Shown: positions 28,471 to 38,688 of the stretch, in pieces | Numbering within the stretch: the stretch's first letter is position 1 | Layout of the letters: each line of letters opens with the position of its first letter | Origin: Halocafeteria seosinensis | Taxonomy: Eukaryota | NCBI GenBank assembly: GCA_001687465.1 | Contig: LVLI01000905.1 | Span: 1-64,000, forward strand | Reading direction: 5' to 3' | Length of the DNA: 64,000 nt | Translations under genes and position numbers: made by a program | The notes under the pieces: generated by a model | The model's input: only the letters and a program-made list of their open reading frames with translations | The model's database searches: none | What the model was told of the DNA's origin: nothing

Positions 28471-28898
28471 GTGTGCTTCGCATTCAACTCACTTTATGCT
28501 ACAGGTGGTAAAGCCCCTACTTCACGTAGCGACCAGACAGTTGTAATTGTAACAGATGAACCCATCAACTTGGACCGTTACATAAGCATTCCGCTGCTCT
28601 GGCATTGGCTGCTTGACATCCACTTGAAGTGGCATGTGTAGTGTAGCGCGGACACACCAGCAGGAAGATCGCTATTTTTCATTGTGTTGAATGGCTTCGG
28701 CATTCACGATACGATATTAGACATTACACACGATGCTGCCTTCAGCTCTGCTGCACTTCCTCTCGGCAACAGGATTTCCGCATGGAACACATGGAAGCGA
28801 CCGACCGGACTGGTGCTTCTTCATTTAGTAGGTTCGTGTAAAGAAGAGCTCCTCGGAAAGATAATGTAATATCAGATGCACATACCTACAGAGGTTTC

Positions 28899-31800
28899 AT
28901 GTGCTCTTGTCAGCCAAGGCAAAAATGGCAAGCAACAGCAAGACCACCTCGTCCTACCAACAACTCAGTCCATCACAGCTCCTCCTCCGGCAACAGACAA
29001 CAACTAGCAAGAGAATGGTGTAGGAAAGGAGTGCAGGTGAAAGATTCCAAAGAAAAATTAGAGTGTTATGAGAAGGCTGTACAACTGGATCCACAGAATC
29101 AAGTTTATATCACGAATAAAGGTGTAACATTGCAAAGATTGGGTCGTTATGAGGAAGCCATCTCGTGTTATGATCAAGCGATTGCATTGGATACCAACTA
29201 TAAGGAGGCTTATAAAGGGAAAGGTGTATCATGGGGTAAATTAGGTCGTGATGAGCAAGCCATCTCATGTTATGATCAAGCAATTGTATTGGATCCTAAC
29301 TATAAGGAGGCTTATGAACAGAAAGGTGTGTCATTGTCTAAATTAGGTCGTGATGAGGAAGCCATCTCGTGGTTTGGTCGAGCGATTGAATTGGATCCAA
29401 ACTACAAGAAGGCTTATTATGGGAAAGGTGTATCATTGCATAGATTGGGTCGTTATGAGAAAGCCATCTCGTGTTATGATCAAGCGATTGCATTGGATGC
29501 CAACTATAAGGAGGCTTATAAAGCGAAGGGTGTATCATTACATAGACTAGGTCGTTACCTGGAAGCCCTTGAATATCTGAATAAAGCTATCAGCGTGGAC
29601 TCACAGGCTAAACGCTGCTACCTTTGGAAAGGTCGAACCTTGAATAAACTACAGAAATACGGTGAAGCTATCCAATGCTTTGACGAGGAACTAGAGATTA
29701 ATCCCAGTTGTCAAGAGGCTATTGATGATAAAATGGAAGCGCGATCTCAGTTAGTATCGCTGCAGAATGGTGTATCATTGTCTAAATTAGGTCGTTACGA
29801 GGAAGCCATCGTGTATTTGGATCAAGCGATTGCATTGGATGCCAACTATAAGCAGGCTTATTATGAGAAAGGTGGATCATTGGCTAGATTAGGTCGTTAT
29901 GAGGAAGCCATTACGTGTTATGATCAAGCGATTGCATTGGATGCCGACTATAAGGAGGCTTATAAGCAGAAGGGTGTATCATTAACTAGACTAAGTCGTT
30001 ATGAAGAAGCCATCTCATATTTTGATCAAGCGATTGCATTGGATGCCGACTATAAGGAGGCTTATAAACAGAAAGGTATATCATTGTCTGGATTAAGGCG
30101 TTATGAGGAAGCCATCTCGTATTTTGATCAAGCGATTGCATTGGATGCCAACTACAAGGAGGCTTATAAACAGAAAGGTGTATCATTGTCTAGCTTAAGT
30201 CGTTATGAGGAAGCCATTTCGTGCTTTGATCAAGCAATTGCATTGGATACCAACTATAAGGAGACTTATCAACAGAAAGGTGTATCATTGTCTAAATTAA
30301 GTCGTTATGAGGAAGCCATTTCGTGTTTTGATCAAGCGATTGCATTGGATACCAACTATAAGGAGGCTTACCAACAAAAAGGTGTATCATTGGGTAAATT
30401 AGGTCGTGATGAGGAAGCCATTTCATGTTATGACCAAGCGATTGCCTTGGATGCCAACTATAAGGAAGCTTATCAACAGAAAGGTGTATCATTGCATAGG
30501 CTAGGTCGTTACCTGGAAGCCCTTGAATATCTGAATAAAGCTATCAGTGTGGACTCACAGGCTAAACGTTACTACCTTTGGAAAGGCCGAACCTTGAATA
30601 AACTACAGAAATACAGTGAAGCTATCCAATGCTTTGACGAGGAACTAGAGATTAATCCCAGTTGTCAAGAGGCTATCGATGATAAAATGGAAGCTCAATC
30701 TCAATTAGAATCCCAGCAGAAGCAGGCAGGTGTGATGGATATTGCCACTTCAGGAGATAATAATGAAATGGGCGCTTTGACCAAACAGGAAATCGAACAA
30801 GGATTACGTCAAGTTCACGAATTATCTTGGCAAGTGGGACAATTTGCGCGCAGAGAAGAAGTTGATGAATCGATCATGACGAATGAAAGTTACAAGCAGT
30901 ATCGCGTGGAACTTAAGTTTATTAACCGTAAACAAGAGCTGCTAGACTTTTACCGTGCCTTCAATAGTGTTCTCTGTGATGGATTTACAGCGGCAAGCGT
31001 AGTCCAGAGTGGCGATGTCGATGTGAAACTGGAAACGATGAAATCATACATTGTGAGTGCTTTAAATCTCTTGTCCAAGCACTTCCCACCAATGAGTGCT
31101 GTTAGTGGGGCAACAGCCAGTGTTTTGAAGTCTCAGAAAGAAGGCAAGCTTGCTCGACTGCTTGAGACTTTACCTGTTCGAACAGATATGACCAATACAG
31201 TGGAAGAAGTTAGCCGTGTAGTTACTATTGCTCTTTCTGAGAGCCTCAAATCGTTTAAGCCGGACATTGAAGAACAGCAAACATTATCGCATTTCCTGAC
31301 GAAGATCAAGTTGAACTATTTTTGCGTCCGCAATCCTCGCTCAGTGTTCGAGACGAGAGGATGTTCCGAAGCTGTTGCTGTACTGGGCGCTTGTCACAAG
31401 GGACTGGTCGAGGAAGCATGTTTCAATTCTGACAGTGTGTTGAGACTGTTCTTTTCCGATCCAGATTCACTTGAAAGGGTAAGAGAAAAACGTGCCAATC
31501 TTGTAGCTACTGAGTCAGCGGCGGGAGATTCCGGGTGCAATGGTGACAAGCGGCTAAAGTCTATGTATGAAGTTGGAAGTAGCGAGGCTGTATCTCGAAG
31601 GATCGAGCAGCCTCATATTTGGGAGGAACTCGGGCGCCTCCGCGAGACAGTGGAAACTGCAGCGGCTGGCGCTGACACCAAGAGTCTGAGAGAACGGTTG
31701 GATGATCTAGAAAAAAGGCTACCGGCCAGGCAGGACACTAAGGGTGGACCCGTTGTCCAAGGGCTTCTAGATCCCGACGACGAAACGCAGCGGAGTCACA

Positions 31801-33677
31801 GAAACAAAGTTGCTCGTGCTCTAAAGTATTCCATGCAAGCCGCTTCCGAGATTGACGACCTTAAAGAACGTCTCTCTCAGAAAGAACCGAGAGTACCACA
31901 CTCATGTGTTCTCCGTCGACAGTTCAAGGAAACCGATTTCTCGTTTGCATTCGTTTTGAATCAAATAAAGCGGGTTTTAGATAAGCACTTTAATGGCCCC
32001 GACGGTCATATGTGGTCTCGCGACCCAAGCATGCTCGGCCGAATCGGTCGGAAGAAAAAGTCTATTGCCAAGCAGTTTGAAGGGTCCGGTAGCTACAGGC
32101 CGAAAAGACTGAGTGGTCGGGTGGTGTTACGATTCTTTAAAGACGATACCAGGCTTTTAGGTATCTCCGAACAGGAAATTTTGCATGCTTTTGATTTCGA
32201 AATTGACGCTGAAGACAGTACGGATAGTAGCTCTCAGGGGTATCCATACGGGTACCGTTACGGTGAGAGCACCGAAGCGCAGCAGAATCGCTCGAAGTTG
32301 CTGGGGGAACCCACCAAGAAACAACAAGCAAAAGAATGGAACAGTAAATGGCAGCATGCAAAAGATACTCAAGAAATGCTAGAGTGCATTGAGAAGGCTG
32401 TAGAACTGGATCCACAGAATCCACTCTATATCAGGAACAAGGGGGTATCATTGCAATTCCTAGGATGTCTTGAGGAATCGATCTCGTGTTTGGATCAAGC
32501 GATTAGATTGGATGCCAACTATATAGAAGCTTATCAACAGAAAGGTGTATCATTGTCTAAATTAGGTCGTTATGAGGAAGCCATCTCGTGTTATGATCAA
32601 GCGATTAGATTAGATACCAACTATATGGAAGCTTATCAACAGAAAGGTGTATCATTGTCTAAATTAGGTCGTTACGAGGAAGCCATCTTGTGTCATGATC
32701 AAGTGATTGCATTGGATGCCAACTATAAGGAGGCTTACCAACAGAAAGGTGTATCGTTGGGTAAATTAGGTCGTTATGAGGGAGCCATTTCGTGTTTTGA
32801 TCAAGCGATTGCATTGGATGGCGACTATAAGGAGGCTTATAAACAGAAGGGTGTAACATTAACTAGACTAAGTCGTTATGAGGAAGCCATCTCGTGTTAT
32901 GATCAAGCGATTGCATTGGATGCTGACTATAAGCAGGCTTATCAGCAGAAAGGTGTATCATTGTCTAGATTAAGGCGTTATGAGGAAGCCACCTCGTGTT
33001 ATGATCAAGCGATTGCATTGGATGCCAACTACACGGAGGCTTATAAACAGAAAGGTGTATCATTGTCTAGATTAAGGCGTTACGAGGAAGCCATTTCGTG
33101 TTTTGATCAAGCAATTGCATTGGATGCCAACTACACGGAGGCTTATAAACAGAAAGGTGTATTATTTTCTAGATTAAGCCGTTATGAGGAAGCCATTTTG
33201 TGTTTCGATCAAGCGATTGCCTTGGATGCCAACTATAAGGACGCTTATGGACAGAAAGGTGCATCATTGGGTAAATTAGGTCGCTATGAGGAAGCCATTT
33301 CATGTTATGATCAAGCGATTGCATTGGATGCCAACTACAAGGAAGCTTATCAACAGAAAGGTGTATCATTGCATAAACTTGGCCGTTACCTGGAAGCCCT
33401 TAAATACCTGAATAAAGCTATACGCCTGGACCCCCAGGCTAAACGATACCATCTTTGGAAAGGCCGAATGTTGAAAAGGCTGCAGAAATACAGTGAAGCT
33501 ATCCGATGCTTTGATGAGGAACTTAAGATTAATCCCAGTTGTCAAGAGGCTGTCAATGAGAAAAGGGGAGCGCATCTCAATGAGAATCCCAGCGAAACCT
33601 ATTCCTATGATGCGAATCCACGAACGGAAACTGGTGAGGATACTTTTAGAGTACGAATCACACTGAAAAGGTCGTAA
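28899..33677 (+). CDS. 1,592-aa TPR-repeat protein: three TPR blocks (4, 7 and 9 near-identical 34-aa units plus capping TPRs) around a roughly 520-aa non-repeat helical domain
   Basis: Uninterrupted ORF. Consensus unit KEAYxxKGVSLxxLGRYEEAISCYDQAIALDANY fits the TPR signature (G8, G15, Y17, A20, Y24, A27). Confidence 0.92.
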   Translation: MCSCQPRQKWQATARPPRPTNNSVHHSSSSGNRQQLAREWCRKGVQVKDSKEKLECYEKAVQLDPQNQVYITNKGVTLQRLGRYEEAISCYDQAIALDTNYKEAYKGKGVSWGKLGRDEQAISCYDQAIVLDPNYKEAYEQKGVSLSKLGRDEEAISWFGRAIELDPNYKKAYYGKGVSLHRLGRYEKAISCYDQAIALDANYKEAYKAKGVSLHRLGRYLEALEYLNKAISVDSQAKRCYLWKGRTLNKLQKYGEAIQCFDEELEINPSCQEAIDDKMEARSQLVSLQNGVSLSKLGRYEEAIVYLDQAIALDANYKQAYYEKGGSLARLGRYEEAITCYDQAIALDADYKEAYKQKGVSLTRLSRYEEAISYFDQAIALDADYKEAYKQKGISLSGLRRYEEAISYFDQAIALDANYKEAYKQKGVSLSSLSRYEEAISCFDQAIALDTNYKETYQQKGVSLSKLSRYEEAISCFDQAIALDTNYKEAYQQKGVSLGKLGRDEEAISCYDQAIALDANYKEAYQQKGVSLHRLGRYLEALEYLNKAISVDSQAKRYYLWKGRTLNKLQKYSEAIQCFDEELEINPSCQEAIDDKMEAQSQLESQQKQAGVMDIATSGDNNEMGALTKQEIEQGLRQVHELSWQVGQFARREEVDESIMTNESYKQYRVELKFINRKQELLDFYRAFNSVLCDGFTAASVVQSGDVDVKLETMKSYIVSALNLLSKHFPPMSAVSGATASVLKSQKEGKLARLLETLPVRTDMTNTVEEVSRVVTIALSESLKSFKPDIEEQQTLSHFLTKIKLNYFCVRNPRSVFETRGCSEAVAVLGACHKGLVEEACFNSDSVLRLFFSDPDSLERVREKRANLVATESAAGDSGCNGDKRLKSMYEVGSSEAVSRRIEQPHIWEELGRLRETVETAAAGADTKSLRERLDDLEKRLPARQDTKGGPVVQGLLDPDDETQRSHRNKVARALKYSMQAASEIDDLKERLSQKEPRVPHSCVLRRQFKETDFSFAFVLNQIKRVLDKHFNGPDGHMWSRDPSMLGRIGRKKKSIAKQFEGSGSYRPKRLSGRVVLRFFKDDTRLLGISEQEILHAFDFEIDAEDSTDSSSQGYPYGYRYGESTEAQQNRSKLLGEPTKKQQAKEWNSKWQHAKDTQEMLECIEKAVELDPQNPLYIRNKGVSLQFLGCLEESISCLDQAIRLDANYIEAYQQKGVSLSKLGRYEEAISCYDQAIRLDTNYMEAYQQKGVSLSKLGRYEEAILCHDQVIALDANYKEAYQQKGVSLGKLGRYEGAISCFDQAIALDGDYKEAYKQKGVTLTRLSRYEEAISCYDQAIALDADYKQAYQQKGVSLSRLRRYEEATSCYDQAIALDANYTEAYKQKGVSLSRLRRYEEAISCFDQAIALDANYTEAYKQKGVLFSRLSRYEEAILCFDQAIALDANYKDAYGQKGASLGKLGRYEEAISCYDQAIALDANYKEAYQQKGVSLHKLGRYLEALKYLNKAIRLDPQAKRYHLWKGRMLKRLQKYSEAIRCFDEELKINPSCQEAVNEKRGAHLNENPSETYSYDANPRTETGEDTFRVRITLKRS
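29118..30700 (+). repeat. Coding tandem array of 102-bp TPR units (blocks 1 and 2), each block closed by a duplicated cap of about 230 bp
   Basis: aaaggtgtatcattg...gatcaagcgattgcattggatgccaactataaggaggcttat recurs every 102 bp. Cap at about 29530-29750 is nearly identical to about 30480-30705. Confidence 0.95.
32438..33570 (+). repeat. Coding tandem array of 102-bp TPR units (block 3, 9 units plus cap)
   Basis: Same 102-bp unit, with a more diverged third copy of the cap. Confidence 0.95.
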
Positions 33678-33912
33678 GTGGATAAGTAACTTCGTCGTAC
33701 GTTTGGGTCGTGCTTGCTTTGAGTTATTCAATTGTGCGTTCGCACGGGTGTTGTGAATTTTGCTGCGTCACGAGAGAATAATCAAATAAACGCTTTGACC
33801 AAACAGGAAATCGAGCACATAGTACTTCTCAAACCGTAAATTGAATAAGCGCATTGCTTTGGTAGAAGTTTTTACGGGACTCATAGCAAAAGGTCATTAC
33901 GCATCACTAAGC

Positions 33913-36862
33913 TCAGAAGAGTGACCGACGCTCATTTCTACTTAAGCGGAAAGTTGGCTTGTCAACTGACGTCTTCGCTTTTCTTATCCTTGTTTTGGAG
34001 GCTTCAATCGCTTCATAGTAACTGGCCGTTTTACTGATTCTAGGCTTTTCTTTGTCTACTGTAGAAATTTCGGTGAGTTCCTGCAAGTGCTGCTGATCTT
34101 CACCCAGACTCTCATCCACTTCCTGTGCCTGTTCAAGGAGAGCGCCTCCCGACGTACGCCTTTCTCGTCGCCCGAGGATCTGGTCATATGGAAGCCGCGT
34201 TGGACGCTTGTCCAAGCTTCTTGCATTCTTCTTAGTTGGCCGAGTGGTAATACCGCCGCTCGATTCTTTCAGGTGCTCTGGAACATCTTCTTCGGAAGGA
34301 GTATATAGATCATCTCCAATAACTCCACGGCCTTTGCTGGCTATCGACCTCAAGTAGTCTTTCTCTTGTTGAAATTTATTGAGATTTACTATCCCTTTTA
34401 GTTTCCCTAATGAGAATCTCCTATTCATCAGACGCTTCTTCCGGTATATATCTGCGGATTTGTCCACGGGAGTCCGTTTCGGAATTACCGAATTTTTGGT
34501 GTGTCCTGTATTTACTAATTTGTTCTTCAGTGAATCCACAGCATCTACATCTTTTGAGGCATCTGAAGCTAAAGGAAGCTTTTCTTTTATTTCTTCATCG
34601 AGAACTTTCTTGTCATCCTTGTTTCCGCTGTAGAGGTCATCCTCGGGTCCCATTTGCCCGTATTTTAGCTGTGCGCACTGAAGAGCTGCCCGCGCGAATC
34701 GAAGCTGAGAAACTTCGTACTTCCTGTTTTAGATGTGTTAGCATCACTAGTAAAATAGAACGTACTCAGGTCATACACAGAAACTTACGATGTTAGCTCC
34801 TTATTTTTTCGTTTTTCTTCGTTGACAGTGTTCAAGAGTGTTGCTACCTGCAACGGGCTGGTCACATGCAGCTTAGGGTTTTCTTGGTAGTAAGAATCGG
34901 GAACCTTGTAGTTGAAGACGTCTTCGATCATCCTGTAATGTGATTCATAATTCCGATTCATCGTAAAATGTAAGGAGGGAATTGGTAGTCTTGCAAAGAG
35001 CTTACTTTGAAAGATGGTGTATCTTGACTTGTGCAGATTCGTATGCACTCCGCGTATAGACTGACGAGTTATGAAGGCGTTCTCTTTCTTTCTCCAATGC
35101 ATCATATTTGTCCTTTAGCTCGTTGTAGGCGTTTCTGCTTGCTTCCAGTTGTTTGCTCAAGTACTGCATGCATTGGTAAACGATCTAATCCAACGCTTAA
35201 CTAGACAGTGGTGGGAGAGGTGACTCACCTCTGCATTTAGTTTCCTGAAGTTATTTTTTAAGGAATGTAGCTCTTGCTCGGCCTTCTTTTTCTCCTCTAC
35301 CAGCTGTGTTTTCTCCGCTTCTTGGCGAGATAATTGGGTGGCCTGCAAATGGTGCTTAAACACATAGCAATAAATGACACCACCTGATCTTAGTTGGTAT
35401 GTTACGTACCAGCTTCGTGTTTTCTTCCTCCGTAGTTCTTAGCTTTGCTTTAACCTGTGCTAATTCCAATTTGAGGGACTTATCGGGTGAGCCAACTGAT
35501 GGATACGTTACAACTTCGTGTCCATGTCCATCTGCAACCAAAGTGTACTTAGTACAGGGATCAAACAGGAATTGAGCGATAGCACTTACAATCAATCCCA
35601 TCCAAAGAATCGGAATAATCGCTATCATCTTCTGGTTTTTCATCCACATTCCAAACCGTAGATGTTGCAGAAGGAATGTGCCGAATCTGACGGGAACTGT
35701 TACCGCCGAGCAAGGTCCGCGAGGATGCTGAGCCAGTCCTTTTGAAGGANTGCTTCGCACCCATGGCAAACGTCCCTTTCCTCGATAGACTTCGCCCACT
35801 TCTGGATCTGTTGAATCTACGTTCATCCGCCTGAAGGAACGATGAACCACTTTATATAGTGCGCAGTATGAAGCCTATCATCAGATCACTTACGGCGCGT
35901 TTCTCACAAACTGCAGCAGCGGCTGTAGCCGACACTTGACTGATTCTCCTTAACATTTCGGTATCTTTCCAGCTAGTTGTATCCAATTTTGCCTCTAAAT
36001 CTTTGACCTTTGCTTTAAGCTGGCGATTGTCCTCGCGGAGCTGTTCAACAACATCGTTCTCAGCAGCAGATGGAGGAGGAGGACTCTCTACGGTTTCTAT
36101 TGCCTCGTTTGTCTCCCTGGGCACTGAATCTTGCCTTGATTCTTCTAAAGAAGTTTCATCTTTTGTATGGTAGAAAGCAAAGCTCAATTTGTTGTATCGA
36201 TCCAAAAGCTCTTCGTAGCTGGCGGTTTTCCTGCTTAGTTTGTCGTGCAAGAGCTGGATATTCGACACTACCACTGACTTAACATGGGCTATAATTCGTA
36301 GAGACGCGATGGAGCCGTCGATGACATCCTCAATTGATATCTTCTCAGAGTAGTTCCACTGCTCGCCTGCTATATTTTGTGGTCTACGTTTAACTTCTTG
36401 TGTTTTCCCGTCTCTGTCCGCCTGGTTGTTAACTTCCTCGCACTTCTCCAGTATTTCTAAGAGCGCCTTGCAAAGCACTTCAGAGCTTTCAACTTCCGCT
36501 TCTTCATGAAACCCAATTTCATTTCGGATGGGCCAATCGTCTTTGGTGTACTGGAAACTTGCACTGCTAATTTTTTCTTCTGGTTCCTCCCATGAGCTTT
36601 TCTGTTCCGACAGTCCGAAGGCATAGTGGGGCGCTTTCTCCAATACCTGGCTATCAAGAGAGCCTCTTCTACCTGTGCGTTTACTGCGAGCACTACTGTA
36701 TGCAGACAAAATACTCTTCTCTCGAGCTGTTCCGGCCTCACCAGAAGTCCTGGTGGTATCAGGGAGACTATCCCTCTGTAAGCGTTCTAACTCAACGAGC
36801 GACCACGCACTAATGACACGGGGGTCATTTTTCCCGGCATCCGGGGCGCTTTGAGTGTTCAT
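33913..36862 (-). CDS. Hypothetical coiled-coil protein; multi-exon
   Basis: ORFs 35852..36862, 35157..35363, 34785..35105 and 33913..34653 with coiled-coil segments (QLREDNRQLKAKVKDLEAKL; LKLELAQVKAKLRTTEEENTKL) and intervening GT-AG introns. Confidence 0.65.
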
Positions 36863-37112
36863 GGTCGTTCCTTAGTGCTTGGATCTTAAAATATCATGAT
36901 ATTGGGTTCAAGAAAGTGCCAACTGTAAGAGACCTCTATTCTGAAAATTAAGGCGCGGCAACGTCCACGGCGAAGAAGTGCTGTACCTGAAAGGTGCCTG
37001 CTTGAAGTAAGGTTTCAGTTCGGCATTTGCAAGCAAAGTTTAGATAGAATGCCCATCTGTAGTTTTGTTATTGTCAAACATGTTGTGTAGAAAATGACTG
37101 CAGGATGATGCC

Positions 37113-37498
37113 ATGCTCGCAAACGTTAGAGTACACAACTTCAACGTTGACTTCCGCAAGCGCGACAAAGAAGTTAAAAAAGTGGGTATGCTACTCGTAA
37201 AACTGCCGAAGTGGATACGGCACAGAAGATTATAACTCATTATAATGATTTTCGTATATTCTACGGGTCGATATTCGACGCCAGATTAATAAATGCAGAT
37301 TGCAGTAACACTGACCTCGTCGGGTAAGTATCTGCCATGCATTGTATCACTTCGACATCTTTCTTCCCTTGCAAACGATTTTGCGAAAAAATAACGGGAG
37401 ACAGATACGTAAATTCTCGCCTTCCTCGAGCATACGAGAGTGTGTCCAGAGAGTTCTGGAAGAGTGCTCTGAGCATTGTGCTCAGAGAGTCAGCCTAG
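37113..37498 (+). CDS. Candidate small spliced gene absent from the ORF track
   Basis: MLANVRVHNFNVDFRKRDKEVKK|(K)IITHYNDFRIFYGSIFDARLINADCSNTDLVG|YVNSRLPRAYESVSREFWKSALSIVLRESA-stop, using introns 37182-37225/37228 and 37324-37404 (GTAAGT...ACAG). Confidence 0.35.
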
Positions 37499-37500
37499 CA

Positions 37501-38688
37501 TTACCATTTATTGTGGTCGTATAAGAAATATAATAAAATCCCCCCTACTGCGACGTCGTAAAGAACTGCTAGCGAAACATTCGTGTAGTTAACTTTCCCA
37601 GCCGTACTGAGAAGCAACACCTTCCAGCATCCCCAAAGAGTGTACGCCATAAAAAGGAAAAGGCGCCTTGAGGAAATGGTGTGTAATGCGTCTATTGCTG
37701 GCGAGGATGCTTCCTTTGAAGGCTCTTGCTGATTCCTCATACTTCGCACGAACCAGTATCCCATTACTGTGACAAGAAGCCAAGGAACGAGGATTTCTCC
37801 GGGATAATGATAAAATGCTGCCGTTGCAAAATTGAAGTATAACAACACCATCTCGCAAAGCGTAGCGGCGTACTTCAGGAATATCATATTGCAGTCCTCA
37901 CTATGTGTGATCAGAGCTCCACAAAACCACCATGGTAGAAGTTCTAGCCCAAAAATAAACGTATGCCCAGAAACGTCCCATCTCCCAAACATAAGTCCAC
38001 TGTAACGAAATATATCTATCAGACCAATGAATACTAAAATTGTGACCAGTAATAGACGTCCTAAAATTTTCTGCACGATTCGCTTCACCGCAGCATATGA
38101 ATAAGCAGTTCCTTTCCCAGAACTCAACTCAATGTCAAATGCACGTACCAAATCTAGACTAACCAACGCAAAGCAAATAGCCAGCCACAGTGGCGTCGGC
38201 CCAATCATAACGACAATGTTGCCTAATTTCGGCGGGGAGAGTTTTTGAATCAGTGAAACGGTCGGACACGCTTCCTTGACTGCAGTTGACCAAGCATACC
38301 CAGGTGACATGACTGAGGTTCCGGCCACGATGTATAGTGAGGAATCAACTGTACACTTACAGTGTGGAGGAAAGCATTCTACCCGTGGCATGCTCTTATA
38401 TACAACGCAGGAGTCTGTGGAGCGTTGTAAGAAGACAGGTCCATATTCACATGCTACATTGATGATACTCCCCAACAGCAACACGCTCGACCAGATTAAC
38501 CAATGCCGAATTACACGGCGTTCTGAGAATAGTATAATCTCCTTCTCCTCCTCTGAAAATGTACGTGCTTTCGCAGAGGAGGGAGAGTCCCTTACACCTC
38601 CATTCTTCTGCCATGTTTCGGCGTCATATAATTGCAGTTGTCTCCTCCTCCCGCCGTTCATTTTCATTCGCCTTTCTATGTACACCAT
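37501..38688 (-). CDS. FIT/Scs3-family multi-pass membrane protein (fat storage-inducing; acyl-CoA diphosphatase-like)
   Basis: WDVSGHTFIF (family motif FDISGHxF) and ATAAFYHYPGE (family motif TxxYFHTxxE), with several TM helices. Confidence 0.65.
   Translation of the reverse strand: MVYIERRMKMNGGRRRQLQLYDAETWQKNGGVRDSPSSAKARTFSEEEKEIILFSERRVIRHWLIWSSVLLLGSIINVACEYGPVFLQRSTDSCVVYKSMPRVECFPPHCKCTVDSSLYIVAGTSVMSPGYAWSTAVKEACPTVSLIQKLSPPKLGNIVVMIGPTPLWLAICFALVSLDLVRAFDIELSSGKGTAYSYAAVKRIVQKILGRLLLVTILVFIGLIDIFRYSGLMFGRWDVSGHTFIFGLELLPWWFCGALITHSEDCNMIFLKYAATLCEMVLLYFNFATAAFYHYPGEILVPWLLVTVMGYWFVRSMRNQQEPSKEASSPAIDALHTISSRRLFLFMAYTLWGCWKVLLLSTAGKVNYTNVSLAVLYDVAVGGILLYFLYDHNKW

Noticed and set aside
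29338..33369. Repeated 66-aa antisense ORFs (MIHLSV...)
   Set aside because: Shadows of the TPR repeats.
29118..33570. Regular repeats resembling a CRISPR array or a DGR template/variable repeat pair
   Set aside because: Units are contiguous in-frame 102-bp coding TPRs without unique spacers, and no cas or reverse transcriptase gene was seen in the window.
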